A DNA stretch of 63,599 bases, taken from assembly GCA_026986415.1 (NCBI GenBank), contig JALSOR010000005.1:1-63599 (forward strand), read 5' to 3'. The notes beneath the pieces were generated by a model. The model saw only the letters and a list, made by a program, of their open reading frames with translations, had not been told where the DNA came from and searched no databases. Below, piece by piece: positions 22,034 to 33,192 of this stretch. A program made the translations under genes and the position numbers. Within the stretch, counting starts at the first letter, position 1; every line of letters starts with the position of its first letter. The DNA is from Acidilobaceae archaeon (GTDB taxonomy: Archaea; Thermoproteota; Thermoprotei_A; Sulfolobales; Acidilobaceae).

Positions 22034-23653
22034 ATGGCCGCGGTACCTCTAGAGACGATGGGCGTGCCCGTAATAATACTGAAAGAGGGCACATCGAGAT
22101 CCTATGGTAGAGAGGCTGTAAGGCACAACATTATGGCCGTTAGGGCTATAGCGGAGATACTCAAAACCACCTATGGTCCAAAAGGCATGGACAAGATGCT
22201 AGTCGACAGCCTCGGCGACATAACTATTACGAATGACGGCGCCACAATACTAGACAAGCTGGACATACAGCACCCTGCCGGAAAGATGCTCGTGCAGATA
22301 GCTAAAGGCCAGGACGAGGAGGCTGGCGACGGGACGAAAACAAGCGTCATATTCGCCGGAGAGCTACTAAAAGAGGGCGAGAAGCTCCTTAACAATAACA
22401 TTCATCCGACAATAATCGTTGAGGGCTACAAGAAAGCTCTCGAGAAAGCAATCGAGATAATAAGGGAGATCGGTAAGCCAATAAGCATTGATGATACCGA
22501 GATACTCAAGAAGATCGCTCTAACAAGCCTCAACAGTAAAGCCGTTGGCGAGGCAGCCGACTACTTCGCAGACATTGCAGTAGAGGCTGTACGCCTCATA
22601 GCCGAAAAGAGAGGGGACGAGTATGTAGTCGACCTAAACAACATACAGATAATAAAGAAGCATGGAGGCAGCCTAATGGACACGAAGCTCGTGAAGGGCG
22701 TCGTTATTGACAAGGAGGTTGTCCACCCCGACATGCCCAGAAGGGTGGAGAACGCCAAGATAGCCGTGCTGGACGCTCCACTAGAAATAGAGAAGCCCGA
22801 GATAGACCTCGAAGTAAGCATCACAAGCCCCGACCTCGTAAAACGCCTGCTAGAGAAACAGGAGAAGATACTTGCCGAAAAAGTGGAGAAGATTGCTGCT
22901 ACTGGTGCTAATGTTGTGATTACTCAGAAGGGTATTGATGAGGTTGCCCAGCACTTCCTCGCTAAGAAGGGTATCATGGCTGTGAGGAGGGTGAAGAGGA
23001 GCGATATCGAGAAGATAGCGAAGGCCACGGGAGCAAAAATAGTGACCAACATTGACGACCTAACCCCAGAAGACCTGGGATGGGCAGAACTAGTAGAAGA
23101 GAGGAAAGTAGGAGAAGACAAAATGATATTCATCGAAGGCGCAAAGAACCCCAAGAGCGTAACAATACTCATAAGAGGCGGCTTCGAGAGGCTCGTAGAG
23201 GAGGCTGACAGGGCTCTCCACGACGCGCTCAGCGCTGTTGCCGATGCAGTAATCGACGGTAAGATCGTGGCTGGAGGCGGAGCCACGGAGAGCGAGGTAG
23301 CAAAGAGGCTGAGGGAGTGGGCTAAGAATGTTCCAGGAAAAGAGCAGCTAGCAATAGAATCGTTCATCAGGAGCCTGGAGAGCCTCCCGCAAATACTAGC
23401 CTATAACGCGGGACTAGACCCGGTAGAGATACTCATGAAGCTGAGGAGCGCCCACGAGGAAGGAAAACTCTGGGCCGGTATAGATGTTGACACTGGCGAG
23501 ATAGTCGATATGATGGAGAAAGGGGTAATAGAGCCTGCCAGAGTGAAGATGAACGCGTTCAAGGCGGGAACAGAAGTCGCAACAATGATACTAAGGATAG
23601 ATGATGTTATCGCCGCCAAGAAGAGCGAGGAAAAAGAAGAGAAAAACAAGTAA
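22034..23653 (+). CDS. thsB: Thermosome (group II chaperonin) subunit, probably beta
   Basis: [17 protein letters not shown] and GDGT motifs. The beta assignment rests on the N-terminus and neighbourhood. Confidence 0.93.
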   Translation: MAAVPLETMGVPVIILKEGTSRSYGREAVRHNIMAVRAIAEILKTTYGPKGMDKMLVDSLGDITITNDGATILDKLDIQHPAGKMLVQIAKGQDEEAGDGTKTSVIFAGELLKEGEKLLNNNIHPTIIVEGYKKALEKAIEIIREIGKPISIDDTEILKKIALTSLNSKAVGEAADYFADIAVEAVRLIAEKRGDEYVVDLNNIQIIKKHGGSLMDTKLVKGVVIDKEVVHPDMPRRVENAKIAVLDAPLEIEKPEIDLEVSITSPDLVKRLLEKQEKILAEKVEKIAATGANVVITQKGIDEVAQHFLAKKGIMAVRRVKRSDIEKIAKATGAKIVTNIDDLTPEDLGWAELVEERKVGEDKMIFIEGAKNPKSVTILIRGGFERLVEEADRALHDALSAVADAVIDGKIVAGGGATESEVAKRLREWAKNVPGKEQLAIESFIRSLESLPQILAYNAGLDPVEILMKLRSAHEEGKLWAGIDVDTGEIVDMMEKGVIEPARVKMNAFKAGTEVATMILRIDDVIAAKKSEEKEEKNK

Positions 23654-23747
23654 GTAAACCAAATATTATCAACTTATAAATAGTAGTTTCCTATTCTCCC
23701 TTTTTATCCTTGCACCCGTATTCTCCTAGTTATCTAGGACTATAGGA

Positions 23748-24365
23748 ATGATAATCATAGTGACAGGAACTCCGGGCACCGGTAAGACCACATTTGCCCG
23801 TAAACTCTCATCAGAGCTCAACTGCGAGACTATTAGTACTAGTCGTTTGGCGGTCGAGCTAGGCCTGGTAGAACGCGATCCAACCGGACGGGCTACACAT
23901 GTCCTGCTACCAGGTGCGGGCGGGAGGCTTGCCAGGCACATATGTGATATTGATAGGACTGTGGGATGCCTTATTGTTGAAACCACGTATGCGGATCTAT
24001 TGCTGGAGGACGAGTGTATTAATTCGGGTACAGTTCTAATCGTACTATTAAGGGCTCATCCTTCAATCCTGCTGGATAGGCTTGCTAGGAGGGGTTGGCC
24101 TCCCGGTAAGGTTCTGGAAAATGTTGAGGCCGAGCTTGCCAATGCTGTAGGTGCCAGCCTCTCCGCTTACGCTGACGAGACAGTGGAGGTTGACACGAGC
24201 CTCTCAACACCTAGTGATACTGTCGATATGATGTTTTACAAGCTAGAAGTGTGGGATTGGAACACTGGTATACGTATCGACTGGACTAGAGATAGCGAGG
24301 CGTTGGAAACTGTCTCAAGACTCTCGCTCAGCATCGATCTCGACCAGTACAGGCTTCCCCTCTGA
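23748..24365 (+). CDS. AK6/Fap7-like nucleotide kinase
   Basis: IIVTGTPGTGKTT and LRAHP..L..RL..RGW...KV.ENVEAE motifs. Confidence 0.88.
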   Translation: MIIIVTGTPGTGKTTFARKLSSELNCETISTSRLAVELGLVERDPTGRATHVLLPGAGGRLARHICDIDRTVGCLIVETTYADLLLEDECINSGTVLIVLLRAHPSILLDRLARRGWPPGKVLENVEAELANAVGASLSAYADETVEVDTSLSTPSDTVDMMFYKLEVWDWNTGIRIDWTRDSEALETVSRLSLSIDLDQYRLPL

Positions 24366-25847
24366 AGCTTTCTGAAGGATTGCCGAGCCTCTTGGAAGCT
24401 TGTCGAGACGTTCCATCCAGGCATCACTAAGACCTAGCGAGTCTATTATTACACGTTTGTCTTTCTGAGACCTGATACTATGCACTATCTTAGTGTTAGT
24501 GTTGAGAAGCGCCTGGTCTCCTATTATCGCGGGGCTCTGCGTGGCATAGACCAGGTGTAACCCATACTTTCTAGATTCCGACAATATTGTCATAAATATT
24601 TGGCTCGAAACATTATGGGCTTCATCTACAACCACAACAAGAGGACTAGGCTTCATACCAGGCGAATACTCCGAAGCCCTAACAGTAAAAAGCATGCTTA
24701 GAAGCAACATAACATAAGTTCTCCTGGCATAATACCCCCTCAATGCCGACACATTAACCACGACGCTCTTACCACCCGGGAACTTGCAGCCCCGAAACGC
24801 ACGATCTACCCCGCCAGCGAAGAGAAGCCCCAATTTCCTCAGCAACGCCCGTTTAACCTCGCGATCCCATTTAGAAGCCTCTGGCAAGCTGCCGATCCTC
24901 TCGTAAACCTCCCGGAGACTAGCAGCCCCGTCTTCTACTGCCTGCTGGAGCATGAAAGTCTGAGGCTCTGTAAGGTCTAAAGCTCTAACTAGCGCCTCAA
25001 TGGCAAGAGATCGCCAGCTAACCTTGTCGCATGAAAGAACATCTACTGGCAGATCGCCTCTTTGGGGGTCGAGAACCTCGAAACCCTGCGACTTCAGCCA
25101 TCCATACTCGCCTGTCCAATCGATAACCAGCACGTCAATCCCGGTCCGCCTTAACCTCCTAGATATTACTGAGAGTGTTGTAGACTTCCCGGAGCCGGTA
25201 CTGCCATACACGCCAACATGGCCTTCAATATCGTTCATACTCAAATAGACGGGCGCCGGAACAGGAGAATCGAGCCTGCGTCCCAAGTAAATCATACCGG
25301 TCCTACCATCCTCTCCCTTAACACCAGTATGCTCTTGCATGCTCGACCCGCCGGCGTCCGTACTATTTATAACCAGCCTGCGTATCCGGACCCCGGGTAT
25401 TAGAGTAGGAAGCGCTGCTCTGAATACTTCTGCCTCGATAACGCTCTCTGGACCCTTAAATCCTAATGTCCCACTTATCTCTCCATTTTTATAAATAACT
25501 CTTAATTCGTAGGTAGTCCTTGGCTTCCCAGAGCTTCTTTTTTCAATAAATTTTGATAAATTAGAGAGAGACTCACTGCTATCGAACACTATCTGGGCTT
25601 CAACCTGAGAGACCTTGGATTCAATAATTTTATCGTTATTTATTTTATTAATTAATATATACTTTTTAATTTTATATAATAAAAATATTATTAATAAAGA
25701 AAATAAAATTATATAAATGAAAATATATTCTTTTTTTAAGATTAAAAATAAAATTGTAAACGAGAAGGTAGCAATTAGCCCTCTTACATATAGTGGTGCA
25801 CTATCTACAACACTATTAATTCTCCCCATGCCTCCCCCTGTTATCAT
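24315..25847 (-). CDS. Membrane-anchored HerA/VirD4-like ATPase (CedD-like by synteny)
   Basis: Two N-terminal TM helices, HVGVYGSTGSGKS, IDWTGEY, VVVDEAHN and ESRKYG...ATQSP. Confidence 0.8.
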   Translation of the reverse strand: MITGGGMGRINSVVDSAPLYVRGLIATFSFTILFLILKKEYIFIYIILFSLLIIFLLYKIKKYILINKINNDKIIESKVSQVEAQIVFDSSESLSNLSKFIEKRSSGKPRTTYELRVIYKNGEISGTLGFKGPESVIEAEVFRAALPTLIPGVRIRRLVINSTDAGGSSMQEHTGVKGEDGRTGMIYLGRRLDSPVPAPVYLSMNDIEGHVGVYGSTGSGKSTTLSVISRRLRRTGIDVLVIDWTGEYGWLKSQGFEVLDPQRGDLPVDVLSCDKVSWRSLAIEALVRALDLTEPQTFMLQQAVEDGAASLREVYERIGSLPEASKWDREVKRALLRKLGLLFAGGVDRAFRGCKFPGGKSVVVNVSALRGYYARRTYVMLLLSMLFTVRASEYSPGMKPSPLVVVVDEAHNVSSQIFMTILSESRKYGLHLVYATQSPAIIGDQALLNTNTKIVHSIRSQKDKRVIIDSLGLSDAWMERLDKLPRGSAILQKASEGKPVLVEIDAERES

Positions 25848-25902
25848 ACTCTCCTCGTTTTCCCAGTAGGGGAGGGTTCTGCGGATGTGAAGTGTGGACC
25901 TC

Positions 25903-26262
25903 TTACTGGGAAGCAGGCTTTATACATATATAATATTTTTTATTAGGTTCTATATCTGAAAGTTTCGGTTCGAACCTGAACAGTATGCCCCATACGCTTA
26001 TTATGGTGTAGTTTCTTTCCTTGAACGCATCTGCTTTCGGCTCTACGACCTCGTAGCCGTGGCCGCAAAATATGTACTTATCTAGCTTTGCTGGCGGCGT
26101 TTCTCTTATCTCTATTATTATTTTATTATCTTTTATATTATATAAATTTTCTATTATATCAAATTTAACTTTAACTCCCTTGCCTTTTCCCTCTGCAACC
26201 AACTGTCCTTTTATTAGGCCTTTATCTATTTTATCAATGGTTATTGTCATTCTCTTCTTCAT
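25903..26262 (-). CDS. rpo8: RNA polymerase subunit Rpo8 (RpoG)
   Basis: OB-fold-like, with FCGHGY and IISVWGIL; divergent from SmAP3 as in crenarchaea. Confidence 0.85.
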   Translation of the reverse strand: MKKRMTITIDKIDKGLIKGQLVAEGKGKGVKVKFDIIENLYNIKDNKIIIEIRETPPAKLDKYIFCGHGYEVVEPKADAFKERNYTIISVWGILFRFEPKLSDIEPNKKYYICIKPASQ

Positions 26263-26320
26263 GATCCAGACCCCGCTTAAATACCTGTTCCTATCGTCAC
26301 TTTAATGTCTGGGGGTAAAT

Positions 26321-26767
26321 ATGGCATATGCAAGCGAGGCGGCTAGAAGGTTCACAATGAAGCTTAACTCTCTGCTCAACAAGAATATTATATTGAAATT
26401 AAAGAGTGGTAAGGAGTATAAGGGCCGGCTTGCCGGATACGACATGAACACTCTAAGCATAGCCCTTGAGGCCGCCTCAGACTCCGAGGGCAAAAGTTGG
26501 CCAATAGCAATAATTTACGGCGACGTCATCTCGGAGATCCTGGTAGAGGAGAGCGCGATCTTCAATGCCCGAGAGTTTGCAGAATTCCTCTACCAGACGG
26601 GCGGAATACCACCGCACCAAATTAGAGTCTTCGAAGATATCAACGTTGTCGAAGTCGCCAAAACTATTAGAGTAACTAAAGACGGTGTCGAGGGTGTAGG
26701 CCCGCTGGCTCATAAAGTCAACAGCCTATTCAGAGAATATCTGCGAAGGAAGGGCGTAAGAGTCTAA
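26321..26767 (+). CDS. Sm-like protein SmAP3 (Lsm with C-terminal domain)
   Basis: Sm1 (L.SGKEYKG.L.GYD..L.I.L), Sm2 (IIYGDVI) and a C-terminal FNAREFA domain. Confidence 0.9.
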   Translation: MAYASEAARRFTMKLNSLLNKNIILKLKSGKEYKGRLAGYDMNTLSIALEAASDSEGKSWPIAIIYGDVISEILVEESAIFNAREFAEFLYQTGGIPPHQIRVFEDINVVEVAKTIRVTKDGVEGVGPLAHKVNSLFREYLRRKGVRV

Positions 26768-26794
26768 ACGCTCCAGGCTTAACCATGTATTAAC

Positions 26795-28315
26795 GTGCCG
26801 TTGAGAGGTCTGAAAATGTTCGAGATCCGCGATATCGACCTCCACGGTAGAACTGGTAGACTCTTCACACAGAGCGGCGTGATCGAGACTCCGGCGTTTT
26901 TTCCGGTAGTCGATATTCATAGGCAGGAGGTTCCCTTAGACGTTATAAGAGAGGTTGGATTCAACCAGGTTATTACTAACGCCTATATATACTATAAACG
27001 TTTAGAGCGCGAGGGATCGCAACCCCGAGACATCCATGAGGTTCTAGGGTTTAATGGGGTTGTTATGACAGACTCTGGAGCATACCAGATACTACATTAC
27101 GGTAGACATATACCTGTCTCCCAGAGCGACATAATAAGATTCCAGCAGAGGATCAACAGTGACATAAGCGTAATACTTGACATACCAACAGGGAAAGTTT
27201 CAAGACGCCAGGCTGAGATGAGCGTTAAGCTCACGCTTGAGCGGGCAAGGGAAGCTATCCCCCTACTCGACGATAAACGTATATGGGTCCTTCCAATCCA
27301 GGGGGGAGAGTATTTAGATCTTGTAGCGTTGAGCGCGAAAAAAGCCCGCGAGCTCGGTAAGTATGGCATGTACGGTATAGGCAGCCCCACGGTTTTCCTT
27401 GAAAAATACGAGTTCTCCACCGTTCTACGCATTGTTAAAACTGCAAAGCGATATCTAAAAGAGGGGCTACCTGTTCACCTGTTTGGAGCAGGCCACCCCC
27501 TTCTCATACCCTATGCAGTGGCATTGGGAATCGATACCTTCGATAGTGCGTCCTATATACTTTATGCTAGGGACGGGAGGATATTCACGGACCTTGGCGT
27601 TGACAGGATTGACCGGGTGAATAGAATAGTCTGCCCCTGCAATATATACGGTAAGAGAAGTTACAGTTCCGAATCACTGCTAAGCATGAGTAGTGAGGAT
27701 AGGACTAGAATACTCGCGACATACAATCTCTGCTATATATGGAGAACTGTGGAAGAGACAAGAGAGCACCTCCGGGAGGGGAGGCTCTGGGACCTGTTAG
27801 AAGCCTACTCTAAACATCACCCTAGAATATATGAGGCGTACCTTGAGGTTGCAACTGCGCAGGACCTGCTCCTATCTAGCAGTCCTAGGATTAAGGGTGT
27901 TGTCCGTGGTGTTAGAGTCTACGATGCGACAAGCATTTTAAATCCAAAAATAAGATATTATATTAATAAAATATATAAATATAATTTTAAAATAAATAAT
28001 AGGAGAAAAGTAGTTCTCCGACCCCTACCACGCAACCCCGAAGAATGCCGTAACAACGATGAAAACGTATACGTACTATACTATGATCCGATACTATTAA
28101 TAGTTCCAGAAGAGCTCTGCGGGGTCTACCCCACAATACACATACACGCTCCAGAAAACACTATAAATCAGCTAACCACCAGCGATGTAATCGAAAAAAT
28201 CCGTCAGCTACTAGCAAAAATCCTAGACCCTAGCATACAGGTCGAGGTCGAGGCCAGCGGACGGCTCGGATATGAGATAGAAAACTATATTAAAACGGTT
28301 AAAAATTCTAGATAA
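26795..28315 (+). CDS. tgtA: 7-cyano-7-deazaguanine tRNA-ribosyltransferase (archaeosine TGT)
   Basis: ETPAFFPV, MTDSGAYQ, PIQGG, VHLFGAGHP and DTFDSASY motifs. Likely start is ATG 26816. Confidence 0.96.
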   Translation: MPLRGLKMFEIRDIDLHGRTGRLFTQSGVIETPAFFPVVDIHRQEVPLDVIREVGFNQVITNAYIYYKRLEREGSQPRDIHEVLGFNGVVMTDSGAYQILHYGRHIPVSQSDIIRFQQRINSDISVILDIPTGKVSRRQAEMSVKLTLERAREAIPLLDDKRIWVLPIQGGEYLDLVALSAKKARELGKYGMYGIGSPTVFLEKYEFSTVLRIVKTAKRYLKEGLPVHLFGAGHPLLIPYAVALGIDTFDSASYILYARDGRIFTDLGVDRIDRVNRIVCPCNIYGKRSYSSESLLSMSSEDRTRILATYNLCYIWRTVEETREHLREGRLWDLLEAYSKHHPRIYEAYLEVATAQDLLLSSSPRIKGVVRGVRVYDATSILNPKIRYYINKIYKYNFKINNRRKVVLRPLPRNPEECRNNDENVYVLYYDPILLIVPEELCGVYPTIHIHAPENTINQLTTSDVIEKIRQLLAKILDPSIQVEVEASGRLGYEIENYIKTVKNSR

Positions 28316-28319
28316 TCGC

Positions 28320-29201
28320 TCACATATACATCCCTTTATGCCTATCCTCCTGTTCCCCTCCTTCCTGGCTAACCATCGCCCCTATCAGGGCGCTCAGCTT
28401 CTCCTTTTCCTCAAGCCATTCTTTCGCCTCTTTCTCAATCAGCGAGGTATCGACAGGCCTCTGAAGAATTTTCTCGGCAATTATTCTAATCCCTCTTATG
28501 GCTGCATCATAATCGACATCCTCAACAGCACTATACGGGAGAATAACCACTGATGGGACCCGGTAGTATTCACTATATATGAAAAGAAGGGCTAGAGGAC
28601 CCATAACGCCCAGTCCCTTCTCCATCTGAGGAGCGTCCAATTGAACAGTATTACCGGCAAAACTATTCTTAAGATACCTGTACTTGTACGCGTCAGATTC
28701 CTCCATAAAGTTCTTGTTTAAGCCTCCAGCAAGAACCATAAGCCTAGAGTCTACTCGGGCAGCGAATTCTGCAATAGCCCTAGTATACTGGTCCGCATTC
28801 TCCTTTTCAGGCAAGGCTCTATTGACAATCGTGAGAATATTATATTCTTTGGAATAGTATATGTCGAATGGGAAGCCGATACTATCCTCCTCAACAAGCA
28901 GCATGGGCGGCATGGGTTTCGCGATAATGAACCCTATTTTCTCCGAGCCTGTACCGAGAGCAACATATTTTGATACTAGGTATCCTACCATTCCAAACCC
29001 GCGGAATCCTGTGACTATTGTCGCACCCTTGAGAGCACTAATATTATCGATATTAAGTACAGCCTCTACCCCGCCACTCAGCTTCTCCACTATCACGAGT
29101 AGCACCCTCGCAAAATTAGCTAGTCTTTTTTCTAAGCCGGGCGACCTCCCCTCTAGCAAGACCGTCGAGCATAGCCTTTGGAATACGGAGCCTCCCCACA
29201 C
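28320..29201 (-). CDS. PAC2-family proteasome assembly chaperone
   Basis: GFRGFGMVGYL and GVMGPLALL motifs. The true start is probably downstream (about 29105-29087). Confidence 0.85.
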   Translation of the reverse strand: MWGGSVFQRLCSTVLLEGRSPGLEKRLANFARVLLVIVEKLSGGVEAVLNIDNISALKGATIVTGFRGFGMVGYLVSKYVALGTGSEKIGFIIAKPMPPMLLVEEDSIGFPFDIYYSKEYNILTIVNRALPEKENADQYTRAIAEFAARVDSRLMVLAGGLNKNFMEESDAYKYRYLKNSFAGNTVQLDAPQMEKGLGVMGPLALLFIYSEYYRVPSVVILPYSAVEDVDYDAAIRGIRIIAEKILQRPVDTSLIEKEAKEWLEEKEKLSALIGAMVSQEGGEQEDRHKGMYM

Positions 29202-29598
29202 CTATAACAGTATCGCTTTCATCAACAACAACCACCTCGTCTCCCGGCCTTAAATCCGGATCCAGATCCACAACATCTCCAACCAGGATACTTCCTGAAA
29301 GGGGCCTCTGCATGTTAGCGATCACGCGAAACCTAGGAGGATCCTCTGCTCCTACAAGTAGGACAGCGCCGTCTATCGCTAACGAGAAGAGCCCGTCGGT
29401 AGGCCGGAGCGTCGCTACCCGTTTACCGTCTACGAACACGCCTCTAATACTCCCCCTAGAATTAACCTCGACCTCAACATTCCTAGAGGGATCAAACCAT
29501 GCCCGTGCAACCTTCTCCGAAAATTGGAACTCGGCTATGCCAGCAAGCCTTTCGAGAATTCTGTCCGTGGCTTTTATGCGCCTCATATAATCCCCCAT
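29116..29598 (-). CDS. PUA-domain RNA-binding protein (archaeosine TGT C-terminal-like)
   Basis: IAEFQF...LRPTDG...D.DLRPGDEVVVVD..IGVG. Confidence 0.85.
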   Translation of the reverse strand: MGDYMRRIKATDRILERLAGIAEFQFSEKVARAWFDPSRNVEVEVNSRGSIRGVFVDGKRVATLRPTDGLFSLAIDGAVLLVGAEDPPRFRVIANMQRPLSGSILVGDVVDLDPDLRPGDEVVVVDESDTVIGVGRLRIPKAMLDGLARGEVARLRKKTS

Positions 29599-29672
29599 AC
29601 TCGCTCCTGGCTACTGAGGGGAGATCTTAACCGTTCAAAACTGTTGGGAGGGGAGAGGAGGGGTTCGGCAAG

Positions 29673-30875
29673 CTATATGTGCGTTGATGTCGTGCTAACT
29701 TTAGTTTCCCTCTCGCTCTTCCCCCTCTTTTTAACTTTTTCGACCGCCCGGACAAGGTCTCTCATGCTAATCTCTCTTCTCCCCTCTCTTATAGCATAAA
29801 AGCCAGCCTCTACAACAACAGCCTTGAGATCGGCCCCGCTGAACCCCTCAGTCATAGAAGCCAGCTTGGCGATATCAACGTTATCCGCATATTTTGTCCT
29901 GCCAAGATGTATTTTCAGTATCTCCACCCTTGCCCTATAGTCGGGGAGCGGGACCTCTATTATCCTGTCAAACCTGCCAGGTCTGAGCAGGGCAGGATCT
30001 AGAAGGTCGAGCCTGTTAGTGGCCGCTATTACTTTAACATTCGAAAGCGGGTCGAACCCGTCCATCTCGGCGAGAAGCTGGAGAAGCGTTCTCTGAACCT
30101 CACGGTCACCACTCGTGCCCAGGTCTGCCCTTCTAGCCCCTATCCCGTCTATCTCGTCGATAAAGATTACTGCCGGTGCGTTTCTCCTCGCATACCTGAA
30201 AACTTCTCTGACTATTCTCGCACCCTCTCCTATAAACTTGTTCACAAGCTCGCTAGCAACTATCCTTATGAAAATAGCGTCAGACTCGCTCGCAACGGCT
30301 TTTGCAAGCATAGTCTTGCCGGTGCCTGGAGGACCATAGAGTAGAACACCCTTCGGCGGCTCGATACCTATCTCTTTAAACAGCTCTGGTTGCTTTAATG
30401 GGAGAACTACAACCTCATATAGTTCTCTTATCTGGCTTTCCAGGCCGCCAATATCCTTGAACGTGATCCCAGGCTTCTCTACTACCTCCATGGCCTTAAC
30501 CATTGGGTCTACCCTTGAGGGTAGAACCTCGACTATAGTGCTACCCCTATTGTTCAACGCTACAACCATTCCAGGCCTAAGCGTGCTGGGATCAATGTCT
30601 TTCGAAATCTGGACGACCAGGTTGGGCCCTGTCGTGCTCTTGACAACGGCTCGCCCATTATCGAGAACCTCTAACACGGTCGCCTCTATTAGTGGAGGCG
30701 ACATGAGCTTGTAGACTTCTCTCTGCACATCGTCGAGCTTTCTCCTAAGATCGTTATTTATCTTTGTCAGCATCCTAACCCGCTCCTGGAGGACGCGTAG
30801 CTGTTCCTCCAAGTCGATATATGGCGGCGTCGTGCTAGTGCTGCTCTTTCTACGTCCGGCATTACTCACTGACAC
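29673..30875 (-). CDS. pan: Proteasome-activating nucleotidase
   Basis: Coiled coil, OB domain, [26 protein letters not shown] and LLRPGRFDR. Start set at the GTG after a GGTGA ribosome-binding site. Confidence 0.96.
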   Translation of the reverse strand: MSVSNAGRRKSSTSTTPPYIDLEEQLRVLQERVRMLTKINNDLRRKLDDVQREVYKLMSPPLIEATVLEVLDNGRAVVKSTTGPNLVVQISKDIDPSTLRPGMVVALNNRGSTIVEVLPSRVDPMVKAMEVVEKPGITFKDIGGLESQIRELYEVVVLPLKQPELFKEIGIEPPKGVLLYGPPGTGKTMLAKAVASESDAIFIRIVASELVNKFIGEGARIVREVFRYARRNAPAVIFIDEIDGIGARRADLGTSGDREVQRTLLQLLAEMDGFDPLSNVKVIAATNRLDLLDPALLRPGRFDRIIEVPLPDYRARVEILKIHLGRTKYADNVDIAKLASMTEGFSGADLKAVVVEAGFYAIREGRREISMRDLVRAVEKVKKRGKSERETKVSTTSTHI

Positions 30876-30977
30876 GCTGATTGTCACCAGTAAAGCTTTT
30901 AACACTACCAGCCTTAATAAGGGACGAGTCACCTAAATCCTAGACAGATTACCAGCTAATAACCCGCAGTATATACT

Positions 30978-31556
30978 ATGGGTATCACTGGCCGTTCACA
31001 ATATAAACCCTCCCAGGGACACGCATTCACCAGGCAGAGGATGCGAGCCATGCCGTCCTCATCTAAGGAGCCACTATACTGTGAGGTTTGCGGTGCCAGG
31101 ATAGCCGGTAGACCCTACCGGGCCATAGTGGATGGCGTAGAAATGATACTATGCGCGAGCTGCTATCTAAAACTCACAAAAAGCGGGCGGGCAGTACCAG
31201 TGCGTGAGAGGCCTCGTAAAGCCTCGGTGAGCGAGAAGCGGAGGAGGACAATGCGTAGAACGCTAGAGCTTTACGATATAGTCGAAGACTACTATGACAG
31301 GATAAAGGAGGCAAGAGAGGCTAAAGGATGGACCCTGAAAGTTCTGGCCGAGAAGTTAAAGATAAGCGAGTCGCTACTACGAAAAATAGAGGCTGGAAAA
31401 CTTAAGCCCCCAGTCGACCTGGCCAGGCGCATGGAGAAAATACTAAAGATAAAACTCTTGGAGCCGACAGAGCTCGAGGAGGAAGAAGAGGAAAACCTAC
31501 CTCCAGGCACGCTAACTCTCGGAGATATAGTTGTTGTTAGGAGGGACGAAGAATAA
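30978..31556 (+). CDS. Archaeal multiprotein bridging factor aMBF1
   Basis: YCEVCG...CASC zinc ribbon, HTH domain and C-terminal TLGDIV. True start is probably 31041 or 31050. Confidence 0.93.
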   Translation: MGITGRSQYKPSQGHAFTRQRMRAMPSSSKEPLYCEVCGARIAGRPYRAIVDGVEMILCASCYLKLTKSGRAVPVRERPRKASVSEKRRRTMRRTLELYDIVEDYYDRIKEAREAKGWTLKVLAEKLKISESLLRKIEAGKLKPPVDLARRMEKILKIKLLEPTELEEEEEENLPPGTLTLGDIVVVRRDEE

Positions 31557-31594
31557 CGAGAAAAGCAATACTGATCCTGCCTAAAAAGGGGAGA

Positions 31595-32638
31595 GTGAGC
31601 CTGGAGGAGGTAAGAGCGCTAGCTCACACTGCAGGCTACGAGATCATAGAAATATTCAGGACCCGTTATAGGAACAGGATCGGGTCCGGCCTTCTAGAAC
31701 GCATATCGTACATGTCTGAAGAGGCTGACACGATAATATTCTACGGGAACCCGTCCCCCTCCACGGTCTTCCAGCTAATGAAAGCCACCCGTAAACCGGT
31801 CGTGGACAGGGTACAACTCATACTAGAAATATTCGCTAGACACGCTGGGAGTAGGGAGGCCAAACTCCAGATCGAAATGGCTAGGATAAAACACGAGCTG
31901 CCACTGGTGAGGGAGTATATTAGGAGGAGCAAGATGGGCGAATACCCAGGCTTCCTAGGTCCTGGAAGGTACGCTGTTGACGCCTACTACCGCCATCTTA
32001 CAAGTAAGCTCGCAAGGATAAGGCGACAGCTCGAAAAGCTGAAAGATACGAGGAGGCTGCGGAGAAATGCTAGGAGGAGGCTCGGGCTGCCTCAGGCTGC
32101 GATAGTGGGCTATGCGAGCGCCGGCAAGACGAGTATTTTCAACGCCCTCAGCGGCGAGTCGAAGCCTGTCGGCGAAGAATATTTTACAACCTTACATCCC
32201 AAACACAAGCTCGTCACAGGAAAGCATGGGAGAATAGTCCTTGTGGACACTGTAGGTTTCATAAGGGACATACCGCCGGAGATAATCGAGGCGTTCTACG
32301 CGACCCTAGAGGAAATAGTTGATAGCGACACAATAATATTTGTTGTAGATATCTCAGAACCTCTAGATACGATCAGGGAAAAGGTAGTGTCAGGACTGGA
32401 TATTATGGCTAGAATAGGTGCAGTGGGGAAACCCGTAATAGTAGCCGCCAATAAGATGGATCTCACTGATCCCTCACATGCAGGCAAGGCTATAAGTATT
32501 ATACGCAAGATTCTAGACGAGAGAGGAATAGAAAACACTGTTATACCCGTGTCCGCCATGACTGGAGAGGGCCTCGAGAGATTGTTAGAGGTAAGCACTA
32601 AGAAGGCCTACCCTAAGAGCCTCCATGAGAGGGGATAG
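31595..32638 (+). CDS. hflX: GTPase HflX (N-terminus probably extends to about 31553)
   Basis: [34 protein letters not shown] and NKMD motifs. Confidence 0.95.
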   Translation: MSLEEVRALAHTAGYEIIEIFRTRYRNRIGSGLLERISYMSEEADTIIFYGNPSPSTVFQLMKATRKPVVDRVQLILEIFARHAGSREAKLQIEMARIKHELPLVREYIRRSKMGEYPGFLGPGRYAVDAYYRHLTSKLARIRRQLEKLKDTRRLRRNARRRLGLPQAAIVGYASAGKTSIFNALSGESKPVGEEYFTTLHPKHKLVTGKHGRIVLVDTVGFIRDIPPEIIEAFYATLEEIVDSDTIIFVVDISEPLDTIREKVVSGLDIMARIGAVGKPVIVAANKMDLTDPSHAGKAISIIRKILDERGIENTVIPVSAMTGEGLERLLEVSTKKAYPKSLHERG

Positions 32639-32640
32639 GC

Positions 32641-33192
32641 TTGATCTCCCCCTACAAGAGAATCTATGTTCTCCGCCTGGGCCATAGGCCTGGGAGGGAT
32701 AAACGTGTTACCACTCACGCAGCGCTTGTTGCTAGAGCCTTCGGCGCTAACGGTTTCATACTAGCTGGAGTCTGCGATCCCAGCGTTGAGAGGAGTCTCG
32801 AGAGAGTCCAATACTGTTGGGGCGGGGACTTGCATTACGAGTGTGGGGTTGGCGGTAAAAGTTATGTTGAGAGATGGAAGGATAGCGGTGGGGAGGTTAT
32901 ACACCTGACAATGTACGGCGTGCCGGTCGACGATATTATAGGGGAGATACGTTCGAGCCCGCGCGACAAGCTCATCGTTATTGGGGCGGAGAAGGTCGAA
33001 CGGTACTATTATGATAGTGCGGATTACAATGTCGCTATAGGCAGCCAGCCTCACAGCGAGATAGCGGCACTAGCAGTCTTTCTTGACAGACTATTTAGGG
33101 GGCGGCAACTCTATCTAGAATTTACTGGTGCCAAGAAGAAGATCATACCGCAAACACGCGGCAAAAAGGTGGTTGGTAGTGGAGAATGTTGA
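32641..33192 (+). CDS. trm56: tRNA (cytidine56-2'-O)-methyltransferase
   Basis: [27 protein letters not shown] and QPHSEIAAL motifs. Confidence 0.96.
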   Translation: MISPYKRIYVLRLGHRPGRDKRVTTHAALVARAFGANGFILAGVCDPSVERSLERVQYCWGGDLHYECGVGGKSYVERWKDSGGEVIHLTMYGVPVDDIIGEIRSSPRDKLIVIGAEKVERYYYDSADYNVAIGSQPHSEIAALAVFLDRLFRGRQLYLEFTGAKKKIIPQTRGKKVVGSGEC

